The position numbers and the translations under genes are program-made. Of a stretch of DNA of 64,000 bases, positions 49,914 through 60,358 are shown piece by piece. Numbering within the stretch: the first letter of the stretch is position 1; the number at the start of each line of letters is the position of its first letter. The notes beneath the pieces were generated by a model. The model was not told where the DNA came from. It worked only from the letters and a program-made list of their open reading frames with translations, and searched no databases. Location of the stretch: NCBI RefSeq assembly GCF_041886205.1, contig NZ_CP169029.1. One strand, given 5' to 3'. This stretch comes from Escherichia coli (GTDB lineage Bacteria; Pseudomonadota; Gammaproteobacteria; Enterobacterales; Enterobacteriaceae).

Positions 49914-51215
49914 TTACGGGGAAAACAGGGGGAAGGACGATTGCCACTCACCTTCCACTAATGCCCCTGATTCAAGCTCGAAGGGCACACACCAGAGCGA
50001 TAAATGTTTATCAAAATGGAACACTGGCAACGGAGTATCAAAAAACTGATGACGTGGATATATCAGCATCATATTCCCCTTCCCTTGCAGATATTTTTGC
50101 CCATAAGCGAACATCTGATACAGATCAGCCTGGTTAATTTCATACTTTCTCAGGCTGTTATCAGCTCGGCTGTCTAACAGCTTCCATTTGGCATCCAGTA
50201 CCATTACCTGCTCACCTGTGATGAGAAAGTCAGGTTTAAGCATGAACCATTGTTGAGGAGCCCTTTCGCCAGCAGGTACATGATCTAACAAATAATGACG
50301 TTTTGCCTGCTCAATAAGCTGATAATCCCTCAGCAAAGATAAAGCCAAACTGCGCCCCACCCAGCATTCATATAATTTTTCCATCGGGAACAACAGCGAG
50401 ATCCCCTGATGCAACCCATGCTGAAAATCTGGATTCAGTTTTTCCAGAATAAGTTGGCACCATGGCTTGATGGCACGATAAGCATAGAGATATTTACCGT
50501 TGCTCCATTGCGCCAGAGGCTGCGTTGTACTGCCACAAATTGGCTCTATACCGTCCAGTTGGTGGCTCAACGTGTTCGCCTGTCGCCAGCTCTGCCCCTC
50601 TTTGGTCATTTTAAGCACCCAATTCAGGGCCGTACGTAACAGACGGTTTTCAACTCGCTGAGGTGAAAACTCCGCATAACGCACATGAAAGCGAGCATCT
50701 CTACCAGGAGGCTGTCTCATTTGTGCCGTGATGTTCAACTGACCACGGATAAAAGCGCTGTGCTCATCCTCAACAAGGTGGTAGTCGAACCGCAACCCTT
50801 TGTGTACCAGTTCGGTAAGATGCCGCAAGAACTCGCTGAAAATCCACTCATGCATCGGCTGGTTGCTCCGCTGCAATGCAGCCTGATTAACTTCTCGGGG
50901 TGTAATCCCCAATGAAGCGCTGAGCATTCGACGTAAAAGCTGACGCAGGGGGATTATCTCAGTTGGCGCTTCAAATGTGGTTTTGGGCAGAATTTCAATT
51001 GACTCGCCATTCGGGGATTGTAGATAACCGACATAGCTTCCCAAACGCAAAAACCGCTTCCCTTCTCGGCTGAGAATTTGAGAGGTACCACTCCACTTTT
51101 GTTGCAATTGCTCAAGCCAGGAAAAGGTTGCCTCAGAGACAATTCCCAAATCCATACTGGCTGTTTGAGAACTATCACAAGTCAGCAGAGCATATTCCCG
51201 GACCTGGATCATCAT
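49914..51215 (-). CDS. mcrC: McrC-family nuclease subunit of a type IV (modification-dependent) restriction system
   Basis: 433 aa; PD-(D/E)xK-like VLDAKWK motif; 4-nt overlap with upstream McrB-like gene. Confidence 0.75.
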   Translation of the reverse strand: MMIQVREYALLTCDSSQTASMDLGIVSEATFSWLEQLQQKWSGTSQILSREGKRFLRLGSYVGYLQSPNGESIEILPKTTFEAPTEIIPLRQLLRRMLSASLGITPREVNQAALQRSNQPMHEWIFSEFLRHLTELVHKGLRFDYHLVEDEHSAFIRGQLNITAQMRQPPGRDARFHVRYAEFSPQRVENRLLRTALNWVLKMTKEGQSWRQANTLSHQLDGIEPICGSTTQPLAQWSNGKYLYAYRAIKPWCQLILEKLNPDFQHGLHQGISLLFPMEKLYECWVGRSLALSLLRDYQLIEQAKRHYLLDHVPAGERAPQQWFMLKPDFLITGEQVMVLDAKWKLLDSRADNSLRKYEINQADLYQMFAYGQKYLQGKGNMMLIYPRHQFFDTPLPVFHFDKHLSLWCVPFELESGALVEGEWQSSFPLFSP

Positions 51216-53194
51216 GTGACAATACCCTGATAAGCTTCTACCGACGCGAAAGCACGTTCATTGATGCGAAAACGCCTGTCAGACAAGCTATCCGCAATAT
51301 CTTTCGGGAATAGTTCAGAGAATGACGGTAATTGTGCTGACTGTTGCAACAGGATAAAACGGTTTTCTTTCGCTTTTACCGAATCATTAAGCACCCAACC
51401 AATGCGCTCATAATCATCAAAGAAATACTCTCTCAGTAATGGAATGATTTTGTTCTGGAAGATGCTGGCCAGACAGGCTTCGCGGTCGGCATTATTTTCT
51501 AATTTTTTTAGTGGCATAAAGTAAGCATGGCCAATCATATGTTCACTATCCAGCAGCGCTTCGATCCGCTGATTAATACGCGTTAACAACGTTTCGACAT
51601 CAACACCGAACGCAGTGACCCCAGCTAACAGCTCCGGTCGTGCGGGCATTTCGGTAAAGCTAAAGCGTCGTCTTAGCGCCAAGTCCATTTGGATGAGTGA
51701 TTTATCCGCAGTATTCATCGTCCCAATGACATAAACATTTTGCGGTACTGAGAATGCTTGCTTTGAATAAGGGAGCATCAGCGACCGCTCATCATCGGCC
51801 CCTTGACGTTTGTCCGGCTCAAGAAGAGTAATAAGCTCACCAAAGATACGTGCTATATTACCGCGGTTGATTTCATCTATTATCAGTACATGTGGTAGAT
51901 CCTGACTATCGGCATTCTCAACAGGAGCCAGCAACTGAGTTAATTTTTCACGATCAATCGTCGTATCCTGCAACTCATATAGGGTCATCTGAGATAGTGA
52001 CTTGATGAAAATTTGCTCTTTAGGAAGGCTTGGGGTGTATGTTCTTAACCATTTAACTGAACGCATTTGATGGTAATACTCACGTTCATCATTGGGTAAA
52101 TAACTATACTCACCTGTAATCTCAGCTATTGCACGGAACTTATGATTTCCATCAGAGACGACGACTAAATCGCCATTCTTAATAATATTTTTAAAGGTAT
52201 TCACGGCAACAGCCATATAATTACTGGTGCCTTCCAATGACTGTTTTTCTGATGCAATCCGAGCTTTGACTGACTCATAGGTAGAGCAGTTACTAAAATC
52301 GATATCTTCTCCCCAACCTAGCAGGACATAATTGTTTGCCAGGCAGTCCTCATACACATCCTCTTCTCCGCCCATGGTATTACCCAGAGACATCTTCCAG
52401 ATCCGCCGACCTTTGAGTGAGATAGATTGTGTTGCACTCCCCTGAACTTTAACCCTGGCATTCAGGCACAGCTGTTTAAAAATACCATCCACAACTTCGT
52501 AGCGAAGCGCGCCCGATTTTTCATCAGTAGTTGCGCGAATCCCTTCGATAAAATCTTCATAGGAGAAGCTCTGATGGAAGGTGGTAAACATAATGCGCTG
52601 CTTTTCTACCAACGCCTTATAGCGTTCATTTACCAACTCCCGTAAGTCATTGCCATGATGTTCGAGCGTAGCCTGTTGGTACCACGTATTATCGGCAATT
52701 TTGACCGCCATTTCGGTGGTACTGTAGGTTTTACCCGTGCCGGGTGGTCCAAAGAGAATTTGGTTTAAGGGATACATTAACGATTGTTCCTTATTTTCGT
52801 TGTCTCTTTTTAGTCTGGGTTGGGTAGTTATAGATGGTTTACCACCCAGCAAAGCCACCAGCGTCTGCAACGCTTCAACGGATTCAACATCAGCCGCGAA
52901 ACCATATTGGGATGTACCGTTATCTTTCGGATAACGGCGGTAGCTGGTGCTTTTTACTTTTTCCCAAAGGCAGTGGATACCCGAAATGCGATCAATTTCC
53001 GCTTTTACGGCAAGGGTTTCAGGTGCAAGAACCAATGGACTCTTTTTAACCACGCCGTCCCGGCTGCGTTTGACATACAGATACTTTCCATTCCCGAGCG
53101 CATGTTCGGATGCATAGCTTGGCTCGAATTTTCCCGCCTCAAGCCGGTAACCCAATTCATTCAACGCCTGGTATATCTCGAAAGAATTCAGCAT
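51212..53194 (-). CDS. mcrB: McrB-family AAA+ GTPase with atypical N-terminal domain and ~190-aa insertion between Walker A and Walker B
   Basis: 660 aa; Walker A GPPGTGKT, McrB-type Walker B LIIDEINRGNIARIFGEL, FHQSFSYEDFIEG; inserted segment RRIWKMSLG...GDLVVVSDGNHKFRAIAEITGEY...RSVKWL. Confidence 0.75.
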   Translation of the reverse strand: MLNSFEIYQALNELGYRLEAGKFEPSYASEHALGNGKYLYVKRSRDGVVKKSPLVLAPETLAVKAEIDRISGIHCLWEKVKSTSYRRYPKDNGTSQYGFAADVESVEALQTLVALLGGKPSITTQPRLKRDNENKEQSLMYPLNQILFGPPGTGKTYSTTEMAVKIADNTWYQQATLEHHGNDLRELVNERYKALVEKQRIMFTTFHQSFSYEDFIEGIRATTDEKSGALRYEVVDGIFKQLCLNARVKVQGSATQSISLKGRRIWKMSLGNTMGGEEDVYEDCLANNYVLLGWGEDIDFSNCSTYESVKARIASEKQSLEGTSNYMAVAVNTFKNIIKNGDLVVVSDGNHKFRAIAEITGEYSYLPNDEREYYHQMRSVKWLRTYTPSLPKEQIFIKSLSQMTLYELQDTTIDREKLTQLLAPVENADSQDLPHVLIIDEINRGNIARIFGELITLLEPDKRQGADDERSLMLPYSKQAFSVPQNVYVIGTMNTADKSLIQMDLALRRRFSFTEMPARPELLAGVTAFGVDVETLLTRINQRIEALLDSEHMIGHAYFMPLKKLENNADREACLASIFQNKIIPLLREYFFDDYERIGWVLNDSVKAKENRFILLQQSAQLPSFSELFPKDIADSLSDRRFRINERAFASVEAYQGIVT

Positions 53195-53223
53195 TTCCTA
53201 CACCACTCCTTGATGAAAAAGCG

Positions 53224-56200
53224 TTAAGCCCCTTTCAACATATCAAACACCACGCGGGCAAAGCCCTTCGCCAGTTCAGGATTAGAGAGGTATTGCACCA
53301 TCATCTCCTGCTGGGCGTCGTTGCTGTCCATCACGGCATCATCAATGGCTTTCGGGAAATCGCCCAGCATCGCCTGCTCACGCGTATTGTTCGCAATCTG
53401 GGTCATCACCGCCTGGTTTTCTGACAGCTTGTCGCGCACCGCGAAGGCATAATTGATCATGTCTTTATCGGTCAGATTATCGGTGACGAACAGCTCGTTC
53501 AGGCGCGCCAGGATATTCGACAGAAACTCTTCTTTCTTGTCTTTCGGCTTCGCCGTACCGACATCATTCCCCGGTGTGATTTTGTATTCTGCCGCATCTT
53601 CCTGCAGCTTCAGATGCTGTTCGTGGAGTTTCGACAGGCGATAATGGCTCATCTCCACGTTGCTTAAATCAATCTCATCTTCTTCGATACGCTGTTCATG
53701 CAGTAACGGGCGCAGGTGGCGGGCAAATAGGCTCAGTTTTTCCAGGTTCTTGTCGTCGTAATCGACGATTTGCGACATAAACTCGTAAAAGCGGACAAAG
53801 CTGCCGAGGTCTTTCTTGAAGATATCCAGCTTACTTTTTTCTTTCTCGCACTCTTTGAAGCTGTTTTCCGCATTGGTGATCAGCACAACATCGCCGGTCT
53901 TCTTAGTACGTTCGAAGATCGCTTTGGCCTTTACATACTCGTCAATCGCCGAGGTGTAACGCTGTTTCCAGCGCTGCACCGCTGGTTTGCAGATATTACT
54001 AATGGCCGCGTTGGATTTGTTTTTGCTGAAGAACGCTTCGCAGAACTGCTCCACTTCGTTCCACAGGAAAATACCGCTGGTACGCAGCTTTTCAAAGAGC
54101 TCAAAGACCTGTTGCGGGTCGCTGACATCCGTCAGTTCTGCTGTCTGGTAGTACGGCTGGAAAGCCCCCAAAATCTCGTCGGGCTCGTTGTAGAAATCGA
54201 GCACAAAGGTGCCTGACTGCGCCTTCCCCGGATAGGTACGGTTCAGGCGTGACAGCGTCTGTACACACTCCACGCCGCCAAGCTTTTTATCCACATACAT
54301 GGCACACAGCTTGGGTTGGTCAAAACCGGTCTGGAATTTGTTGGCCACCAGCATCACCTGGTAGTCGTCGGTATCAAACGCTTTGCGCATATCCCGGCCT
54401 TTCAGGCCTGGGTTCATATTGATTTCGGTGAACTTCTGGTTAAGCAATGCAAGGCTATTGTGGTCATCTTCATGGAACTCAACTTCACCGGAGAACGCCA
54501 CCATTGCGCTGATCTTGTCGTATTTTTGCTCGGCGATGTATTTATCGAATGCCAGCTTATAGCGCACCGCTGCTTTACGCGAACTGGTCACCACCATCGC
54601 TTTCGCCTGACCAGCCAGTAAGTGCATCACATGCTTGCGGAAGTGCTCAACAATCACCTTCACTTTCTGCGACACGTTATGATCGTGCAGCGATACCCAC
54701 TGGTTGAGTTTGATCTTGGCTTTCTTGCTGTCTACTTCCCGGTCAGGATCGTCCAGCTTTTGCAGCAGCTTGTACGCCACCTTGTAGTTGGTGTAGTTCT
54801 TCAGCACATCAAGTATGAAGCCTTCTTCGATGGCCTGACGCATTGAGTAAACGTGAAACGCTTCCGGTTTGTTCGTTTTCGACGCCGGTTCCTGCGGATT
54901 AGGACGACGGCCAAACAGCTCCAGCGTTTTGGCTTTCGGCGTGGCGGTAAAGGCGTAATAGTTGAGATTGTTGCTGCCTTTACGTGCGGCGACGGTGGCA
55001 TCCAGAATATCTTCTGAAGACATCTCCACATCGTCATCCGCTTCTTCGGTCATAAGCACTTCTTTCAGCTGACGCGCCGTAGAACCACTCTGCGAGGAGT
55101 GCGCTTCATCGGCAATCACCGCGTATTTGCGCTGCTTGAGGCTGACGCTGTTTTCAATCGCCTTCAGGACAAACGGGAACGTCTGGATAGTGACGATAAT
55201 GATCGGCTGCGAGTTTTCCAGCGCGCTGGCCAGCTTCTCCGATTTAGAACCGTCGCCTTCTTTGTTATTGATCCGCCCGACCACGCCATCCTGATGCTCA
55301 AACTGATAGATGGTGTCCTGCAGCTGATCGTCAAGCACGGTGCGGTCCGTCACCACAATCACCGAATGGAACTGCTTCTCGCCATTTTCATCATACAGGC
55401 GGGAAAGCTGATGGGCCGTCCAGGCGATAGAGTTAGATTTGCCCGACCCGGCACTGTGCTGAATCAGGTATTTATTGCCGGTGCCTTCCACTGTGGCGGC
55501 GGTGATCAGTTTATTCACCACATCCCACTGGTGATAGCGTGGGAAAATCAGGCTCTCACTTTTGTACTTCAGGCCAATGGCATCTTCTTTTTCTACGATT
55601 TGCAGATGCACGAAGCTCGCGAGAATTTTCAGCAGATTGTCCGGCAGTAGCACCTCATTCCACAGGTAGCTGGTGGCGTAGTCGTTGGCATCTTCCGGGA
55701 TATCGTTCCCCGCACCGCCGTCATGGGTGCCTTTGTTAAACGGCAGGAAGAAGGTTTTATCGCCCTCGAGTTTGGTCGCCATAAACACTTCGTACTGGCT
55801 GACGGCAAAGTGCACCAGCGCGCCGCGTTTAAAGGTCAGCAGCGGCTCGGGTTTATTAGTGCCTGGGTCCTTTGGCAAACGCGTTTTCTTATATTGCGTA
55901 ATGGCGTTTTGCACCGTCTGCTTAAATTCAGACTTCAGTTCCAGGGTCGCTATCGGCAGGCCATTAACGAACAATACCAGGTCGATACGCCATTTCTTCG
56001 CTTTTATACCGGTATCTTCAAATGCGGCGTTCGATGCATGCGGGCTGTAAACCAGCTCCGGCACGATGCGGCAGATATTCTGTTTATAACGAGCCAGTGT
56101 TTCCGGATTGAGGTTATGTTCCGGCTTAAACTGGCACAGAGAAAAACGCGCGTTATGGCTTTTGATACCATGTCGCAGCACGCCTAAAGTGCCATAGGTG

Positions 56201-56472
56201 CGCGAAAGCATATCAGTAGCGTTGATGTCCGCTTTTTTCAGCTGCGCCACCAGCGCATCGAGGAAATGACGTTCGGTATCGGTAGGGTAAATTTTGGCAA
56301 ACTTCTCCCACTCCTGCGGCTGTGTGGTCTGCACAAAGGTCAGCACATCCTGGGAATACAGCGCACGTTCGCGATCATAGCCGTCAGTTTTGCCACAAAT
56401 CCAGCCTTTTGCTTTCATCTGAGCAATCATTTCGTTCTGGAAGATAAGCTCTTTGGTGCTGTCCATGCTCAT
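53224..56472 (-). CDS. hsdR: Type I restriction enzyme R subunit (HsdR)
   Basis: 1082 aa; helicase motif I SAGSGKS, DEAH-like ADEAHSSQ; 4-nt overlap with hsdS. Confidence 0.9.
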   Translation of the reverse strand: MSMDSTKELIFQNEMIAQMKAKGWICGKTDGYDRERALYSQDVLTFVQTTQPQEWEKFAKIYPTDTERHFLDALVAQLKKADINATDMLSRTYGTLGVLRHGIKSHNARFSLCQFKPEHNLNPETLARYKQNICRIVPELVYSPHASNAAFEDTGIKAKKWRIDLVLFVNGLPIATLELKSEFKQTVQNAITQYKKTRLPKDPGTNKPEPLLTFKRGALVHFAVSQYEVFMATKLEGDKTFFLPFNKGTHDGGAGNDIPEDANDYATSYLWNEVLLPDNLLKILASFVHLQIVEKEDAIGLKYKSESLIFPRYHQWDVVNKLITAATVEGTGNKYLIQHSAGSGKSNSIAWTAHQLSRLYDENGEKQFHSVIVVTDRTVLDDQLQDTIYQFEHQDGVVGRINNKEGDGSKSEKLASALENSQPIIIVTIQTFPFVLKAIENSVSLKQRKYAVIADEAHSSQSGSTARQLKEVLMTEEADDDVEMSSEDILDATVAARKGSNNLNYYAFTATPKAKTLELFGRRPNPQEPASKTNKPEAFHVYSMRQAIEEGFILDVLKNYTNYKVAYKLLQKLDDPDREVDSKKAKIKLNQWVSLHDHNVSQKVKVIVEHFRKHVMHLLAGQAKAMVVTSSRKAAVRYKLAFDKYIAEQKYDKISAMVAFSGEVEFHEDDHNSLALLNQKFTEINMNPGLKGRDMRKAFDTDDYQVMLVANKFQTGFDQPKLCAMYVDKKLGGVECVQTLSRLNRTYPGKAQSGTFVLDFYNEPDEILGAFQPYYQTAELTDVSDPQQVFELFEKLRTSGIFLWNEVEQFCEAFFSKNKSNAAISNICKPAVQRWKQRYTSAIDEYVKAKAIFERTKKTGDVVLITNAENSFKECEKEKSKLDIFKKDLGSFVRFYEFMSQIVDYDDKNLEKLSLFARHLRPLLHEQRIEEDEIDLSNVEMSHYRLSKLHEQHLKLQEDAAEYKITPGNDVGTAKPKDKKEEFLSNILARLNELFVTDNLTDKDMINYAFAVRDKLSENQAVMTQIANNTREQAMLGDFPKAIDDAVMDSNDAQQEMMVQYLSNPELAKGFARVVFDMLKGA

Positions 56473-57791
56473 GCGGTGGCCTCCTGTGGCTCCTCAGCGT
56501 CCTGCGTGTCAGGTGCTACCCAATCACGGACGTCGATTTTTCCGGTGACGGCAGCGGAGATCAGGGCGGTACGGCGTTCCTGGAGAATTTGAATAGTCTG
56601 CTCGACCATTTCTTGAGTTATTTGTATTTTGTCTATCTTTTCCAGTACTTTTTTTGCCAGATAAACCTGATCATCAAAAGGAATATCTCTCACGTAAAAA
56701 TTACTAATTTGCTCTGGACTAATATGCGGCACACTAACACCAGTCAAGTCTATTTCAGCATATTCTCTGAATTCATTGCTACTAAGACATAATTTAATAA
56801 ATGGTTGATATGATTTTATATTTGACCTTATCCTTGCAACTCGCTGCAATAAGAGGCAAGGTAAATCCTGCTCTTTAATTTCTGAAACCCTTGCTCCAGA
56901 ACTAATCCATGGTCTATCCATACCAAAAACAATATCGCCAGCCGCTAATAAATAATCACTGAGCCTATCGAGTGTTCTAACATCCCAATATACAACGTCA
57001 TCCCATTTTATGCTGTCAACACCGACATTAACCCCTCGTAAAAGAGGAATACTATTATCAGGTGAAAATTTAAATTTTGTACTTGAAAATGGATAGCCAG
57101 TTTGAATACTAACTAAGTTTTTTAGCTTAGTTTTCCTCTCATTACTACGTATACTGGCGACACTTGAGATCACGGCCTGACGCTTTTCTTTAAGTAGTTC
57201 AATTAGTTGCTGTTGCTTCTCGATCAGGTTATCGATTTTTGCAGTTTCGTGATCGAGGAAACTGTATATTTTTTCCTGCTCAGTCTTGTCTGGAAGCAGC
57301 AGCTCAATATTTCTAAATTCATCAGGATCCAGATCCCATTGATTGACTCGTATCCCCTTGGAGCGGCTCAGATATTGAGTAACGTAAATCGGGTTGCGAA
57401 GTAAATAATGCACATACCTTGGATGTGCCAGTTCAAAAAGGACATTGTTGGGTTTATAGACAAAATATGCCGGACTAACTATCCCTTCATACTCTGAAAT
57501 TGCGATTGAACCTTGCCAGGCTTTCATCTTATTCATAACCAAATCATTTGGCTCAACCAATTGATAGGGGGACAAATCCTCTGAAGGCTTATTATTGTTA
57601 TCATCTCTGCTTGATTTTGGTATAACACCATAGTCCCGATATACGGAAAGCAATTCTTTCTCTGTATATCCGGTCCGCTTGATCCTGGAAAACAATCTGG
57701 ATATGGATACGGTTTTCCAGTGATTCGGAATCTCCCCCAACCACTCAACCCCAGAATCCTTATACTCCGGATACATCTTATACTTCGCCAT
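56469..57791 (-). CDS. hsdS: Type I restriction-modification specificity subunit (HsdS)
   Basis: 440 aa with two TRD-like halves separated by a central conserved region; start overlaps hsdM stop by 1 nt. Confidence 0.85.
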   Translation of the reverse strand: MAKYKMYPEYKDSGVEWLGEIPNHWKTVSISRLFSRIKRTGYTEKELLSVYRDYGVIPKSSRDDNNNKPSEDLSPYQLVEPNDLVMNKMKAWQGSIAISEYEGIVSPAYFVYKPNNVLFELAHPRYVHYLLRNPIYVTQYLSRSKGIRVNQWDLDPDEFRNIELLLPDKTEQEKIYSFLDHETAKIDNLIEKQQQLIELLKEKRQAVISSVASIRSNERKTKLKNLVSIQTGYPFSSTKFKFSPDNSIPLLRGVNVGVDSIKWDDVVYWDVRTLDRLSDYLLAAGDIVFGMDRPWISSGARVSEIKEQDLPCLLLQRVARIRSNIKSYQPFIKLCLSSNEFREYAEIDLTGVSVPHISPEQISNFYVRDIPFDDQVYLAKKVLEKIDKIQITQEMVEQTIQILQERRTALISAAVTGKIDVRDWVAPDTQDAEEPQEATA

Positions 57792-60175
57792 CAGGAATGT
57801 ACCTCCCGCAGCAGCTTCATAATCTCGGTACTGACTGCATCCAGATCGGCATCAATCTCTTCCAGTGGGCGCGGCGGCTGATAGACGTAGAAATGGCGGT
57901 TAAACGGAATCTCATAACCGACAATTCCCACCTCACCATCTTTCGCATCACGCTTATCGGCGTTGATCCACGCATCATTTACATGCGGCAGCACTTCTGC
58001 TTTGAAGTAGTTTTCGATCAGGTCGCTGGTCGACATTGCCGGGTTCAGCGGCACGTTTTCGTTATCGCGCAGCTCGCCGTCCTGTTCGAACTCAACAACC
58101 TTGCCTTTGTACTCAAACGCACCGTACAGCGGCTGAGCGGCTTCTTTCAGCACCTTCTTCACCACCGGCTCGGCATCCGGGTTTTTCGTGGTAATGGCAT
58201 CGATAAACTGCTTGTTCTCTTTCGCATCCAGCTTCACGCCAGCCGTTTTGATGGCCCCTTTCAGGGTCAGTTGGAACTGATTGAAGTCATTGCTCACCCG
58301 CGTTTTGCCACCCGCCTGCGCACCCAATACCACCTGAATCTGCTGTGCTTTTTCCATGAACTCGCGCTGTGCCAGCCACAATTTGCTGTCGAGCAGGTCT
58401 TTAATCTGCTTCTCTTTCAGCTCTGCAAATTCGGCTTTGATGATGGCGCGCGCTTCGGCTTCCAGTTCGGAGAAATCACCATAGCTGTCCTCCCTCCACT
58501 GGGATGCGAACTCTTCATACAGGCGTTCCATTGGCGCGTTAAACGGCTTCGGCGCAAAGCGCAGAGTCGCAATCGCTTCATCAGTCACCTGTGCAGATAA
58601 CCGCAGCGGGCGCTCAATGGTCAGGCGGCGATAGCCAAAGTCGGTGCTGTTAAAGATTTTGCTGGCGAAGGTTTTCGGAGCTTCGGTTTTGGCCATGGCA
58701 GGCTGACGGCCACGGTTGGATTTTTGCTCGGCGGCTTTTTCCAGACCCAGTTCTTCCAGGGCTGTGACATCCACCACCTGAAAATCACCGAAGGTCTGCG
58801 TGATCAGTTTGATATCGTCTTCGCCCATCAGGTTGCGCTTGGAACCCAGCGATTTACGCATTTTGCCGCACAGGTTAGTGCCATCAATCAGCTGTACTTT
58901 TCCTTTACGCTCAGGCGCTTTCTTGTTGGAGAGGATCCAGACGTAGGTGGCAATACCGGTGTTGTAGAACATATCTGTTGGCAGCGCGACGATGCCTTCC
59001 AGCAAATCGGCTTCCAGAATGTAGCGACGGATTTCGCTCTCACCGCTGCCCGCACCACCAGTAAACAGTGGAGAGCCGTTAAGGATAATCCCGATACGTC
59101 CGCCGTTGCTCACGGTGCCATCCACATTGTGGTTGTCGCGCATTTTGCTGATCAGGTGCATCAGGAACAGCAGCGAGCCGTCGGAAACACGCGGCAGGCC
59201 CGGGCCAAAGCGACCGTTAAAGCCCTTTTGCGTATGTTCGTCGTTAATCTCGCCCTCAATCTTCTTCCAGTCCACGCCAAACGGTGGGTTAGACAGCATG
59301 TAGTCGAATTGATCCAGCGGTAACTGGTCGTTAGAGAGGGTGTTACCCAGCTTAATGCGGCTGACGTCCTGACCTTTGATCAGCATGTCGGCTTTACAGA
59401 TAGCGTAGGATTCCGGATTCAGCTCCTGACCAAAAGCGCGCATCACCGCGTTAGGGTTCAGCTCGTGCACATATTCCATGCCCGAAGAGAGGAAACCACC
59501 CGTCCCGGCCGTCGGGTCATAAATGGTGCGGATGATACCAGGCTGCGTCAGGGCTTCATCATCTTCCATAAACACCAGTGAAGTGGTCAGACGCACGATA
59601 TCGCGTGGGGTGAAGTGCTCACCGGCGGTCTCGTTAGATCTTTCCGCGAAACGACGGATAAGTTCTTCAAACACCAGGCCCATCTCATAGTTGGAAATCG
59701 CTTTCGGGCTGAGATCGGTGGTGGCGAATTTCTTCACTACTTTGAACAGCAAGTTGGCGTCTTCCAGCAGGCCGACGAACTCACTGAATTTAAAATGCTC
59801 GAAGATTTCACGCGCATCGGGCGAGAACGACTGGACGTAATTCTCCAGGTTGGCTTTGATGTCGTTCTGCCCCATCTTGCCAAGATCCATCTTCGAGGTG
59901 TTGAAGAAGGAAAGCTCGCTGGCGCGCAGCAGAAACTTCTCTTTGGCATCTTCCGGCAGCGTGCTGGTTTTTAATTCATCATATTTCGCCACCACCGCAT
60001 CTTTGGTCTCCGCCAACACACACTCAAGACGGCGCAGCAGCGTAAAGGGCAGGATCACGCGCCCGTACTGAGACTGTTTGAAATCACCGCGCAGTAGATC
60101 GGCCACCGACCATATAAACGCAGCCGTTTGAGAAAAGTTAGTGTTAGTCATAAGCGACACCCAAAAAAATGGCAT
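57791..60175 (-). CDS. hsdM: Type I restriction-modification N6-adenine DNA methyltransferase (HsdM), long form with ~300-aa C-terminal extension
   Basis: 794 aa; AdoMet motif DPTAGTGGF and catalytic NPPF; alternative start at ATG 60151 (MTNTNF) because a TATAAT lies immediately upstream of 60175. Confidence 0.85.
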   Translation of the reverse strand: MPFFWVSLMTNTNFSQTAAFIWSVADLLRGDFKQSQYGRVILPFTLLRRLECVLAETKDAVVAKYDELKTSTLPEDAKEKFLLRASELSFFNTSKMDLGKMGQNDIKANLENYVQSFSPDAREIFEHFKFSEFVGLLEDANLLFKVVKKFATTDLSPKAISNYEMGLVFEELIRRFAERSNETAGEHFTPRDIVRLTTSLVFMEDDEALTQPGIIRTIYDPTAGTGGFLSSGMEYVHELNPNAVMRAFGQELNPESYAICKADMLIKGQDVSRIKLGNTLSNDQLPLDQFDYMLSNPPFGVDWKKIEGEINDEHTQKGFNGRFGPGLPRVSDGSLLFLMHLISKMRDNHNVDGTVSNGGRIGIILNGSPLFTGGAGSGESEIRRYILEADLLEGIVALPTDMFYNTGIATYVWILSNKKAPERKGKVQLIDGTNLCGKMRKSLGSKRNLMGEDDIKLITQTFGDFQVVDVTALEELGLEKAAEQKSNRGRQPAMAKTEAPKTFASKIFNSTDFGYRRLTIERPLRLSAQVTDEAIATLRFAPKPFNAPMERLYEEFASQWREDSYGDFSELEAEARAIIKAEFAELKEKQIKDLLDSKLWLAQREFMEKAQQIQVVLGAQAGGKTRVSNDFNQFQLTLKGAIKTAGVKLDAKENKQFIDAITTKNPDAEPVVKKVLKEAAQPLYGAFEYKGKVVEFEQDGELRDNENVPLNPAMSTSDLIENYFKAEVLPHVNDAWINADKRDAKDGEVGIVGYEIPFNRHFYVYQPPRPLEEIDADLDAVSTEIMKLLREVHS

Positions 60176-60358
60176 AAAAAAGTGGCAAGATTATACCCCA
60201 TCAGGCATAAGATGCTTTGACTTATAACGCATCAGTTTGAAACACAATGGTGATGGGGGTCACAGGGGCTGACATGTACTTTTAAGATTAAAAAGCATTA
60301 ACATCTACTTTTGAAGAAAACAGAAAAAAACAATCACAAACCTTTAAAAACAAAAACT

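Noticed and set aside
53770-59323. Several plus-strand ORFs of 100-270 aa
   Set aside because: All antisense within hsdR or hsdM; translations rich in Arg/His/Phe typical of shadow ORFs
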